From Azolla caroliniana (lineage: Eukaryota; Plantae; Polypodiophyta): 64,000 nucleotides of DNA. Below, piece after piece: positions 11,801-24,494 of this stretch (within the stretch, counting starts at the first letter, position 1; each line of letters starts with the position of its first letter). Under the pieces are notes generated by a model, which saw nothing but the letters and a program-made list of their open reading frames with translations, had not been told where the DNA came from and did no database searches. The stretch is taken from assembly GCA_043228905.1 (NCBI GenBank), contig JBHGNT010000020.1, positions 7,502,001-7,566,000 on the forward strand, in the 5' to 3' direction. Made by a program: the position numbers and the translations under genes.

Positions 11801-14741
11801 GATGATTACACTTCTCAAGGAATTTCGGGACGTGTTTGCCTAATCTTACGAGGATATGCAAGGGCTCGATCCTCAGCTATATCAGCATCAGATACATTTG
11901 AGCAAAGACGCCAAACCGGTAGCACAACGGCGGTACCGGATGAATCCAAATTACACCGCCAAAGTCAAGGAGGAAATCGACAAGTTGCTGAGGGTTGGCT
12001 TTATCCGCCTAGTAACGAAATCTACATGGCTGAGCCCAATAGTAGTCGTACCAAAGAAAAACGGCAAAATTAGAGTTTGTGTCGACTACCGTAAGCTTAA
12101 TGCGGCGACGGTAACAGATGCATTCCCACTCCCATTTACGGATGGAGTTTTGGATGCAGTCACCGGCCATGAGGTATACAGTTTCTTAGACAGATTCAGC
12201 GGATACAACCAGATACGGATGCACCCCGATGACCAGGAGAAAACGGCTTTCGTCACCGAATGGGGAGTGTTTCTGGCCGTAGTAATGATGTTCGGACTAA
12301 AAACGGCACCGGCAACGTTCCAAAGGATCATCATGGAAATATTCGGAGAATTTATACTGGCATTTATGCAGGTGTTTCTGGATGACTTCGCCGTCTATAG
12401 CTGGGACGGAGATCACTTTCAACACCTCCGACTGTGTCTAGAGAAATGTCGGGCTTACCGGCTAAGATTGAATCCGGCAAAGTGTGTATTCAGAGTGTCA
12501 AGCGGGGTGCTATTAGGACACATTGTGAGCAAGGAAGGAATTGTCATAGACCCGGACAAAGTAAAAGCAATCTTGGAGGCACCGGCACCAACAACGACCA
12601 AAGCATTAAGCCGTTTCTTAGGCCAAATCCGGTGGCATAGTCGAATGCTCCGGTATCGGGCGGACCTAGCTACACCACTGCATATTGCGGTACACAAAAC
12701 ACCGTTCCAGTGGACAGACACCGAAGACAAGGCGTACTGGGCACTCAAAGTACTATTGTCGCAAGCGCCGGTAGTGCAACCCCCGGATTGGGCTAAGGAG
12801 TTTCATGTGTTTGTGGATGCGTCCGACATTGCAATCGGAAGTGCGCTGATGCAACTTACGGAACCAAGGTGGTACCAGCCCGTATATTACGCAAGCCGAA
12901 AGTTATCCCAAGCCGAACGAAATTATTCCACCACGGAAAGGGAAGCTTTGGGCATGATATACAACGTGATGAAATTCAGACATTATTTGCTGGGAAGGAA
13001 ATTTTCCTTCCACGTAGATCATTCGGCACTCCTCTATTTAGTTTCCAAAGCGTCACTAACCAGTAAGTTGGCACGATGGACGTTATTGTTGCAGGAATTT
13101 GAGTTCGAAATATTCCACCGACCCGGCATACAACACGCAGTAGCAGACTATTTGAGCCGGTTGGATTCCGGCGAGACTGGTGACGGAGTCCCGGACAAGT
13201 TTCCGGATGCTGAGCTATTTCGAGTCACCACGGAAATGACAACAAATGAAACAGTGGCACAAGAAGATAAATGGCTAACGAATATGCAACAATTTCTGAG
13301 CACCGGATTGCCTCTGGATGAGATGAACCGGGACGAGAGGAAACACCTGGCGGTACAAAGCCGGCACTTCTGTTTATTACGGGACATGCTATACCACAAA
13401 GGCGCAGACGGTATATGGCGATGGGCGGTGCGCAGCTACGAGAAGGATATAATACTACGAGAAGCACACTGCGGAGTCGCCGGAGGCCATTACGTCGGAG
13501 ATGCTACGGCAAGGAAGATATGACAAAGTGGCCTATGGTGGCCGACAACATTGAAAGACGTCGTCCGGTATGCTAAAGAATGCGATCTATGTTAGCGAAT
13601 GGGCCAGCCAACCGAACAAGCTAGGATGCTGCACCAGACGGTACTGCCGCTAGAACCATTTTAGAAATGGGGGCTGGATTTTGTGGGTCCATTCAAACCA
13701 CCGTTGATGAGAACTGGAAACCGTTATGTAATTGTCGCAACGGATTACTGCACGAAATGGGTAGAAGCCAAACCCTTGCATGACAACACCGCGGCGTCGA
13801 CGGCGAAATTCTTGTATGAATACATCTGGTGCAGGTATGGATGCCCGATCGAGCTAATAAGTGACCAAGGAGGGCACATCCTCGGCCAAGTGGTGGAAAG
13901 CTTGACGTCGTTCTATGCCGTGGTGCATAAACGGAGCACGCCATACTATCCGCAAGCAAACGGGTTAGCCAAGTCGACAAACAAAACGCTCCAGAATATC
14001 CTTTGGAAAATCGTCAACGAAAACCGGACAAACTGGGATACAAAGTTGCACAGCGCACTCTGAGCTTACCGGACAGCCTACAAAACAAGCATCCAAACCA
14101 CACCTTTCCGGCTAGCATTCGGGTTGGAGGCCGTGATGCCGGTAGAGTTCTAGGTCCCGAGCTTACGGATTCAGATTAGGGAACGGTTAAACGAAAAGGA
14201 ATCGGAGGCAATTTGGTTAGCGGCTCTGTGTGAACTAGAAGAACACCGATTAGCGAGTATCATGCACCTAGAATTGGAGCAGCGGCGAAGAAAGGCGTTT
14301 GTGGATCGCCACCGGAAAGGAAATGAAAAGATGTTTGGAATCGGCAAGCCGGTACTAGTGTTCCAGACCCGGATGGGAAAGATGCCGGGGAAACTATGGT
14401 TTCGGTGGACCGGACCGTATTGGATCACACGCGAGTTCAATGGATCCTACCAGTTAGGGACACTTGCCGGCGAAGTCCTGGGTAAGTGGGTCAACGAATT
14501 TCGACTAAAGCCATACAAGGGACCCATGCCGAGGAACCCATTTGAACAAGGAAAGGTCGATGCCGAACCAGATACCGAAATACCGGAAACAACGGCAACT
14601 CGATTAGCAATCGGCAACAACGAAGCAGGTAAGGGGGACAAAGAGTCGGCACACGGGTTGGATAAGAGGACGGCAAACCGTCACGAGGCCAGCAAGATTC
14701 CTCATTCGGGTAAGGGTCCGGTAGGACCGGAGGCGAATTAA
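8892..14741 (+). pseudogene. G1 gag-pol pseudogene
   Basis: PKYRDDPDAEAHV capsid region, IDGGSGVN protease, VCVDYRKLN and FLDDF RT, VDAS RNase H, integrase core, with many stops and frameshifts. Confidence 0.92.
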
Positions 14742-15123
14742 CCTAATAATCAAATATTAAAAATTAAATTAAATTAAATTAAATTAAATTTTTTAAAAAA
14801 TCGAAACGAATCAAAGAAATCATGCAAAGGAGTTGTGGGAACGGCCATGCAAATGAGGAGTAAAGAGGCACTTCGAAAAGGTACGAGGAGGCTATGAAAA
14901 GGGCATTAAACCACCGCCACATGGCACGTAATGCTATTATAGTACACGACTTGCACATGCGTAGGCTCGAAAAAGACGCCAAGATGTAGAGAGAAAACGC
15001 CCCCCACATCGAGACCTTCTTCTTTCGCAAACCAAGGAGGACAGACGCACACACACAAAGCTTCCTCACACAGAGCTTCCTCATACACAGCCCTCACCAA
15101 CGTTGTCTGACCTCGACGCAGAC

Positions 15124-17932
15124 ATGGACTGCCAGACTCTCTCTGAGGCCGCCAAGAAATGGCTACGACAACACGGATTGGAGGCGTTCCTCACAATCAT
15201 GGACGCACCACCACACAGAGAAGCCGACAAGATCATCAAAGACATTGACACCGAGCTGATCACGGAGGAAGCGATCCGGGCACTAACAGGCCTTCCGAAG
15301 GGGGGCATCTATACCATTGACAACCCTACTTCTGAACGGCTCATCAAATACTTCGGCGAGTATTCTCTGGCCAGCAAGGGCTACAGGACACAAGGCGGAG
15401 AAGATATGTTATTCCGAGAAATTGCCCGTGTACTCCATGAGTTCAGCCACGTATACCCTCGACCCCCCTGTCATGCCTCAAAACCGAGCAGGCTTGATCA
15501 TTGCAACATATGAAGGGGTCAAGGTGGATTGGCCGGTGTTGATCGCCGACGGATTATGTGCGGCTATTGACACCGTAAGAGGTACGGAAGCCAAAGAAGG
15601 CCAGAAAATATGGCATGCGGTGGCGCAATAGCTCACCCTACTGGCGCCACCGATCGAGCCCGTCCAGACCAAGAAGCGGGGAAGAATATCGGACGGCACC
15701 CTGAAAGCTGCTTCAAAACGACAGCAGTTGTTGGCCACCAAGACCACTAAGGGGAAGACAGCCGACACGGAGCAGGCGGCGAAGGAGCGCGCCATCCGGA
15801 AGCAGCTGACGGAGATGCACGAGGAGACACCGGCACGGCCCGTGAAGAGCACACTCCACCGACCGGTGCAGCAAGACACGGACACCTTGGCAGCAAGAAT
15901 GAATATCGGGACTCAGGAGGAGGAAACAGAGGAAGAACTTACGGAGCACCTCCAGCGACGGCCGATGAAGAGCACCGCAGAATTAGCCGGGAAGCGTTCA
16001 GACCCACAGAAGGATGGAACAACTTTACCCCACACTGAGAAGCCCACGCCAAGGAAGGAACCAGAACCGGTTCGGATGGAACCGGTCTCAGAAGCCCCTG
16101 CACATCAAGCAATATCGGTGGGTCAGGGAATGGCAAGCCCCGAAATGCAAGCGCCGGTAATGCAGGTGCCACCTTCCTCAACCGGCCAAGAATAAGTATC
16201 TAGAACAAGTGCGACCAACTGAAACACAACCGGAACCTGAACAAGCAGAGCCGGAATTGCAGCTCGACACAATAAGGCGGGACCAGCCACCGGCAAGTGA
16301 ACCCACCAGCCAACCCTCCGTGCAGACGCAACAACAGGGCACCGGCAGCCAATGACTCCGGTGGATATGAGAGCAGGTTGCCAGAGTGTTACTGTATGTA
16401 GAGGCAGAAGAACGAGCGCAGATGGAATGGTTGCTAGTCACAACCGATGAACTAGAGACGGCCCGGTCAAGGATCCGGTCCCTCGAACAAGACTTGGATC
16501 GGGTCACAGAAGACATGGCCAAAATGGCCTTAACCGCAACACAGATCCAAGCACCGGTGACTCCGGTGGATGTACATATGAATAAGACCCCGGAGACAGA
16601 AACTGTCCCGAAGAAAGATGTGGCGCAAGCCCAAGAGCTTGCCAAATTAAGGGACGAACTTGCCGCACAAGAAGCACTACGGAGTTGCGAACGAGATTTA
16701 AAGAAAGCAACAGAAGAGGAGTTAAGGAAAACTGTTGAAAACCTCTGCCGGGCAGAAGAAAATCTGCGGAAAGGCCATCAAGCTTACGACCGGCTAAAGG
16801 AGGAAAAAGAAAAATTGTTGTAGGAGAAGAACAAGCTACGACGGATGGCGGAAACGGAAATAGAAAGGCTGAAAGAACAACTCCGTCAACAAAAGGACCT
16901 GGAAGACCGCGCTCGCCAGCAAATCAACCAGAGGCTGAAGTAGAAGACAGAGGACTTCGACCACTTGCACCGGAACTTTAAGAGCTTAGACATGGAGTAT
17001 AAGCAACAACAGGAAAGGATGGCCGAGCTCCGGCAGGAAGTTGATAGGGCCACAACGGCACGGCCGACGAACGAGCTGAGAATACAAAGCTATTGGAGGA
17101 AGCGGCGAGGGACTGGATGGAGCTCCACAAGCAGAACCATGAAGAAATGGAAAGGGCGACAATGGTGTTACAGAGGTTGCAAACAACCTATCAAAGTCAA
17201 TTGTCGCATTATAGGGAGCAAGAGGCGGACACGGTCAGAATCATCAAGCAATTGAAAGAGGAGCGACAAACCGCGGAGAACAAATCATGGATGGGAGCCG
17301 AACGGATCCAATGCATCCTCCGGGCATGGCTCAACAAGACCAAATGCTTGATTGACGAGAGCTCTATGCGATGGTGGACGAAATGGGTGCAGAATACGGC
17401 TGAACTCCAGTTGCTCAGGGCGGACGCCGAAAACCGACGGAAGGAAGGTGACGACTGTTACATGCTCACATCGGAGGACTTCACCGCCATAAAGGATGAG
17501 CTAGCAAAAGATTTCACAGCTCTGGAGAATGAGCAATTGGTGCAGGTCCGGCAACTCATAGCTCAACTGGATGACGATCGGATGGATGCTCAAATCCAGT
17601 TTGAGAGCTATGAGCGGTCCCGGCTTAGGGAAGAAAAAGTAAGGCAGGTGGCAACGGTCAACCTCAGTGATGAGGAACCGTCGCCGATATAAGGACCAGA
17701 CGGAGACCAGGCCGGGGTAAGTCAACCAGAGACAACTCTGACGGAGGAAACAACGAAGGAAATGTTGGTGCCAGAGCAACCATCGGAGCCGCAGTCAGAG
17801 TCGGAGCCACAAACTGACAAGCAACCCCAGCCACAATCGGAGAAACCGCAGCAACAACAGCCACAACAGATTCCCGTAGAACCACTGGAGACCCTGGAGG
17901 AAAGCATCATGGATATCTTGGACGAAGAGTAA
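15124..17932 (+). pseudogene. G1 extra ORF (coiled-coil protein), degenerate
   Basis: Fragments 15103-15513, 15317-15631, 15728-16195, 16386-16823 and 17093-17692 align with the G2 extra ORF (YFGEYSL.SK.YRTQGGE, AELQ.LRADAENR). It ends DILDEE*. Confidence 0.88.
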
Positions 17933-17940
17933 GGGGCCGG

Positions 17941-17982
17941 TGTGGGATTCGACGTACAAGGTACTGTCCCACGGGTGTGCCA
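17941..17982 (+). promoter_or_regulatory. tRNA 3'-half copy (antisense PBS) at the PPT position of G1
   Basis: TGTGGGATTCGA, 13-nt insert, GTCCCACGGGTGTGCCA, then TG, then the LTR. Confidence 0.75.
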
Positions 17983-17984
17983 TG

Positions 17985-18443
17985 TGTTACCCGGCCGGCA
18001 AAGAAGCTAAGGACGCCAAGACCAGGGTGTGAAAATGGGAATTGTTATTTAGGAATCTGTTGTAATTAATAATCTTAATATATTAATATATGAGAAGATG
18101 TGGACGGACGGACCGGAATCGGTATGCCGATCCGGATCCGGACCAATCCCGAAAAGGTGTCGGTTGGCACCGTTTTGTACTTCGCACCGGTGACCTATAT
18201 AAAGGCCCGGTTATAATGTAGTCATGAACGGAGAGTAATATAAACCTTTTGTTTAATCATTGAGTATTGTTCACCGTTCTGTGCTTATTGTATATCTTAC
18301 GTGTGTTAATGATGTATTGCTAAGTAACCGATTAAGGTCCAATTAAGCGTTATGTCGTAAGTTATCTCGCTGGAAAACCCTTTGGTGAAGTGTCTTAAGT
18401 GGACACCCTGTGTTAGGTTGTTGTCCGACCCTAAGGATTAACA
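17985..18443 (+). repeat. G1 3' LTR
   Basis: TGTTA...TAACA ends, TATATAAA at ~18197. The start is inferred by homology to the G2 junction. Confidence 0.8.
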
Positions 18444-18775
18444 ATTCTGATGTAGCTAATTAGGTATTGTGGTAGCTAATTAGCTAATAATATCTAGTTA
18501 GCTATTGGCAATGGCTATTTAGCTATTACTAGTAGCTAGTTAGCTATGGTCATATTCTGATGCTAATTAGCAACAGTTGTAGCTAATTAGCTATTACCAG
18601 TAGCTAGTAGGAGACACAATTAGCTAAACCGATTATGTAGTTAAGTAGAAGACATAGCTATCTAAACCTGATGTTGTTAACTAGCTATGCCCCTACCAAA
18701 TGTAGCAAATTAGCTATGGCCAATACCGTATGTCGCTAATTAGCTATGTACGATCCTGATGTAGCTAATTACCTA
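18444..18775. repeat. Degenerate array of the palindrome TAGCTAATTAGCTA
   Basis: About ten variably decayed copies separated by 15-20 nt of loosely related sequence. Confidence 0.75.
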
Positions 18776-19958
18776 GTAAATGTAATCTCAATAGTGTATA
18801 GACTTGTGGCAAAAAACTCAAAAATCAAAACAAAAGTTGAGATAAATGTAAATACCTAAGGTACATCAAGAAGATGAATGGGATGTTCCTCTTATTGATT
18901 CCTTCCAACACATTTCTTGCATGAATCCTTCTTATTGGCTGAAACCCTACTCTCATTAGTCCAAAATATGATGATTATATCCTTGATTTTTGATGGTATG
19001 GGTGTCATTGGCTTACATCTTGTTGTTAGCTTTAGTAGACTAGTTCCTTCACCACTTGAAATAATCCGGTTCATTGTATTATAGACACTTTTTCTACTAA
19101 CACCGATTACCTTAGATTGCTCACTGATGTTAAGATCGTCAACAACACTATCTATTAAGTAACATCATTAGAATAGACCTTTTTAAGATAAGATCATCTT
19201 CTGACCTGCTCATGGATGCAAAACTATTACGGAGATTATTTACTAGCGCAGATGTTATGTTTGCATTAAGATCATCACAATCAACTAACTCCTTTATTCA
19301 TGGATCATTTAATATTCCATAAAGCAGTACCTTCTTGTCTTCATTGCTAATGTGTTTGGTCTGAACATTGAATTAGTCTACAACCTTTCTCTCTATGATA
19401 GTAGTGTTGGGAAATATGTCCCTCTGGATGGGAAGAGAAGTATCGTGTTGGTGAGTATCTCGGCTGAAACCGAAACCGAAACCGAAATTGAAATCGTTTA
19501 GGAAGACTATAATTGTAAATAGTCTAAAATGCCCCTTGTGGGCTATACTTGTAAATAGTTAGAAATTTTCTTTTGTTTATAAGCAACTAGGGCAAACTTT
19601 AGTAATGTGTAGTTGATAATTATTGAAAAGTTAGAACGAGGTAGTTGCCTCTGTAACCGTGAGTGAGAGAGTGAGAGAGTGAGAGTGTAACTTTGTAGTC
19701 GTCTGTCAAACGAAGGAGAACTCAAGGTCGTTGCCTCTGAGTTCCGTGTTTGTACTTCCTCTCTACTATAGGGATCTGTTTTCTCGGGGTTTGTGGACCC
19801 CTGTGGTTTTTCCCATTTTGGGTTTTCAACGTAAAATATTGGTGTCTCTGTGTCTTCACGTTTTTTTTGTTTGTGTACTAGTTCTTGGTTTCTGCACACG
19901 AACTCGAACGTGCAACCGGATGTGGTCGGTCGATTCCTAACAAAGTGGTATCAAAGCA

Positions 19959-22344
19959 ATGGAAGAATCGTTTGGTGGCATGTTTAAGCTATCCAACTCC
20001 AACTACTCAGTGTGGAAGTCGAAGATGAGAGACATACTCGACTTGGGGAGTGTTGCATCTGATGGCGGCCACATATATAAGGTATTTTATAGACATGAGT
20101 CTATACAACAACTTTGGCGAAGAAACAGAAGCAGACATCCTATGGAAGAAGATCGGCATCATGTTCGAAAACAAGAACGTTGTGAACCGAGTCTCAGTAT
20201 TTCGAAAAATCGTGAGGCTCTGGTATCACGATGGCTCCAGTATGGCAGAGCACATCAATGCCTTCCAAGGATTGATGAACCAAACCACCTCTCTAGAAGT
20301 ACCTCTGGTCGACGAGGTATTAGCGTTATTGTTGTTGGGATCCCTTCGGGACAGCCGGGAGACGCTCGTTGTCACTTTGGGCAACGTCGGGCCGAAAGGG
20401 AAGCATTTATCCTTAGAGCAAGTGAAGTCGAGCTTGCTAAATGAAGAAGCTCGCCAGAAGGACCATCAATCCAATACCAACTAGAAGGCCTTAGTCACGG
20501 AAGGTGACACGATTCGGGGAAGACGTCGAAATGGAAGTCCCCAGAACCGAGATAAGTTGAGGACCAGGTCGAAGTCGAGGGGGAGGCCCACGTGCTTCTA
20601 TTGTGGGAAGCCGTGGAACTTCCAAAAAAACTGCCGACACTTTCGAAAGGAGAAAGGGGGAGTTGATGGTGTAGAGTTGAAGAAAATCCCAGACAAAAAG
20701 AACACCTCAGCAATCGCCACGAGTAAGGAGTTGTTGCTCATCAGTGAGCAAAACGAAGTTCATCTCACCGGCGAAGAATCGACATGGGTGGTCAATTCGG
20801 GTGCGTCATTCCACCTAACCCCTAACCGAAAGTTCTTCTCATCCTACAAAGCCGAAGATCTCGAATCCATAGAGATGGGAAATGTCGGCATTGGAGATGT
20901 GTGTTTGGAGACATCAACTGGGTGCAAACTCATGTTGAGAGATGCACGACATGTTCCAGAGGTTCTATTGAACCTATCAGTTGGGCGGCTAGATGATGAA
21001 GGCTACAGGGGTAGCATCAGGAACGGTGTCATGAAGTTTTGCAAAGGAAGTCTGATTGTGGCTCAAGCCCGGAAAACCAACACACTATACATAATGGATG
21101 CTCAAATATGCCGAGGGGAAGCAAACGTGGTAGCCGACACATTCGGTGAACTGTGGCACAAGAGGTTGTGCCATATGAGCCAGAAGGGGATGCGAAAGCT
21201 TGCTGAGGACAACCTCATTCCGGAGGTGAAGAACGTGCAACTTGAGAAGTGCACTGATTTCTTGGCCGGCAAGCAGAATCGAACATCTTTCCGAACGAGG
21301 CCCCCAATGAGGAAGAAAATGTCGTTGGAACTCGTGCATACAGACGTATGCTATGTGGACACGAAGTCGCATTGTGGTTCAAAATATTTTGTGACCTTCA
21401 TTGATGACTCTAGTCAGAAGTTGTGGGCTTCCGTGCTAAATACGAAGGATCAAGTGTTATCTATCTTCAAAGAGTTCCAAGCGAGGGCTAAGAGAGAAAC
21501 TGGCCGAAAACTAAAGGCAGTCTCAGCGGACAATGGCGGAGAGTATCGTGGACTGTTCGAGGAATACTGCCGAAATCAAGGAATCCAGCTCGAGTATACT
21601 GTGCCGAAGACACCAGAGCTTAATGGGTTGGCCGAGAGAATGAACTAGACCGTAATGGAAAGGGTCCGAAGTATGCTTGCGCATGCTAAGTTACCGAAGA
21701 CGTTCTGGGTTGAGGCGTTGGTAACGGCAGCGTATGTGATAAACCAATCACCCTCAGTACCCTTGGACGATGATATTCCACAAAGGGTGTGGAGTGGCAA
21801 AGACGTATCATACTGACATTTGAGGGTGTTCGGTTGTCTTGCTTATGTGCATTTGGCAAAGAACTAGAGCGGGAAGTTGGACCCAAAATCTCGGCCATGC
21901 ATATTTCGCAGCTACGGCAATGATGAATTTGGCTATCGGCTATGGGACTTAGCAAAGAAGAAAGTGATTAGAATCTGCGACATTGTCTTCATTGAGGAAA
22001 AGACAATAGTCGACTGGGAGATTAAGAATAAGTCTCCAACTACCGAATCGAACCAAGTGTTACCCCGTACGAGATGTATGGAGAGTCAAGTGTGATGAGC
22101 GAGGGTCGAATGTTATCATGATGTTGTGTATGTGTAGGGGGTATAAATATAGTTGTGAGTCTATACGTATGTGAACACATGCACACGTGTGTGCATGTGG
22201 ATGGATACGAGGAGGTGTGAATGAGTGTCCAGTATGAATGCTCGAGGGGGCTTACACCCCTATGTATCTACCCCCTCTTGTACTATTTAACCCCTTATGG
22301 GGAATGAATGAAATATGAATGAACATTTCTCTCTATCTCTCTTT

Positions 22345-22381
<37 letters not shown>

Positions 22382-24494
22382 CCTCAACGTTGAACCCCCT
22401 TGGGAGGGGGTTGGAGCCATTCTAGGCACCACCCCCCACCCCGCAATGCTTCTCTATATGTTCTCTCTCACCATCATACCATTCACCATCCCCACCATTC
22501 CACAATGCTTATCTCCATCATCACAACGATGGGCAATGATTCTTGATGCACGTCATGATCTCTCACCATCATCATCACACATACATTATCAATCTACCAT
22601 GATTGTTAACTCTATTCCTATCTTTATCATTATCATCATTAACCCTAAAACCTATAACACCAAGTCGACGCTTGGCTGAATAGAGTAGAAGCCGATTCGA
22701 TCAAAATCGAATCTGAGCCAGTCTATCAAGTTAATACTCAGCAAAATCGAGAATTGACTGAAGAGCGAGGGGAAACAGCCGAACAAGGAACCGAATTCGA
22801 ATCCGCGAAAGAAGTCGAAGAGGAACCAACCGTGCCGAATGGAGGCCGAAGATACCCCCTAAGAGAAAGGAGGGCCCCCCGAAGATTTCCCGATGAAGAG
22901 CATGTACTGCGAACCGATGAGGGGGAGCCGGAAAGCTTTGAAGAAGCTAAGGAAGATACCCAAGGCCGAAATTTGTTGAGTGCCATGCAAGAGGAGATGG
23001 ATTCCTTGCATGAAAACCACACATATGAACTGACCAAACTGCCGAGAGGAAAGAAGGCACTTCGGAATAAATGGGTATACAAGTTGAAACCGGGAGATGG
23101 CGGGAATCCACCTAGGTACAAAACAATAATCGTTGTGAAAGGCTTTCAGCAGAAGAAGGGTGTCGATTTCAACGAAATATTTGCCCCGGTCGTAAAGATG
23201 ATGTCAATCCGAACCGTGTTGAGCATCGCGGCCAGCATGGACCTCGAAGTCTAACAACTGGACGTCAAGACTGACATCCTCCATGGAGATTTGGAGGAAG
23301 AGATATACATGCACCAGGTGGAAGGATTCGTAGAAAAATGTAAACAAAATCCGGTATGCCGATTGAGGAAGATCTTGTACAGGTTGAAGCAAGCTCCTCG
23401 GCAATGTTACCGAAAATTCGAATCCTTCATGATCGACAACGGGTACCACAAAACGTAGGCCGATCACTGCATATTTGTGAAGAAATTCGACGGAGGAGAT
23501 TTCCTTATCCTCCTATTGTACATGGATGACATGTTGATTGTCCGACGGGACCATACGAAGATCCGAGTGTTGAAGAAGGCTTTGAGCAAATCGTTCTCCA
23601 GGAAGGATATGGGTCCAACAAAGCAAATCTTGGGGATGCACATTGTTCGGGATCGAACAAAGAAATTGGTGTGGCTGTCACAAGAAAAATACGTGACAAA
23701 GGTGCTCCAAAGACTCGGGATGGAAAGTGTGAAACCGGTCGGCTCGACACTGCTCACGAACTGCAAGCTAAGCAAAGACCAATGTCCGAAATTAAAAACC
23801 GAGAAGGCCGAGATGTCAAAAGTTCCTTATGCCTCGGCGGTTGGAAGCCTGATGTATGCGATGCTATGTACTAGGCCGGAGATAGGATACGCAGTCGGTG
23901 TGGTTAGCCGATACATGAGCAACCCTGGAAGAGAGGATTGGGCTACCATGAAGTGGATATTTCGGTACCTAAAAGGCATTTCGAACGTGTGTCTTCGTTT
24001 TGGTTCAAGTAACCCCACACTGGAAGGTTATACTGACTCAGACATCTTGGCTGATGTGGATAACAGCCGATCCATGTCCGGGTACGTAATGACTTATGTA
24101 GGGGGTGTTGTTTCGTGGTAGTCGAGATTGCAAAAGGTTGTGGCGTTGTTGAACATGGAAGCCAAATATATGGCCACAACGGAAGTTGGGAAGGAAATCA
24201 TATGGATGGCGGAGTTTATTGATGAGCTGGGAATTCGGCAGGAGGAATTCCGACTCCATTGCGATAACCAGAGTGCCATCCACCTTGCGAAAAATGCCTC
24301 CTACCACTCGAGGACCAAACACATGCAAAGAAGATATCATTGGCTCTTAGAGTGAGTAGAAGAAAAGGAGTGCTCTAGAGAAGATCCACACGACCGAAAA
24401 TGGATCGGATATGCTGACGAAGGTGCTATCAGCTGAAAAGCTAAACATGTGCCGACAAAGAGTTGGTTTGGTGAAGTACCCCATGCCGGAGTGA
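19959..24494 (+). pseudogene. B1 gag-pol pseudogene
   Basis: CFYCGKP zinc knuckle, NSGASFH protease, WHKRLCH and LVHTDVC integrase, LLYMDDM RT, YTDSD RNase H, with multiple stops. Confidence 0.92.
22058..22659. mobile_element. Solo LTR of an unrelated family (F) inside B1
   Basis: TGTTA...TAACA ends, perfect TSD CCAAG, TATA box and (CT)n tract. Confidence 0.9.

Larger units (their letters stand above)
8650..18443 (+). mobile_element. Non-chromoviral (Athila/Phygy-like) Ty3/gypsy element G1 with 3' extra ORF, degenerate
   Basis: LTR remnant 8650-8836 matches 18257-18443. PBS, gag-PR-RT-RH-INT and the extra ORF are all homologous to G2. Confidence 0.93.

Noticed and set aside
18031-18048. GAAAATGGGA followed by TGTTAT as the PPT and LTR start of G1
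   Set aside because: The similar AAATGGGAA lies inside the G2 LTR, whose edges are fixed by its twin LTR and TSD.
18444-18775. CRISPR-like palindromic repeat-spacer array
   Set aside because: The repeats are short and degenerate, the spacers are related to each other, there are no cas genes, and the context is eukaryotic.
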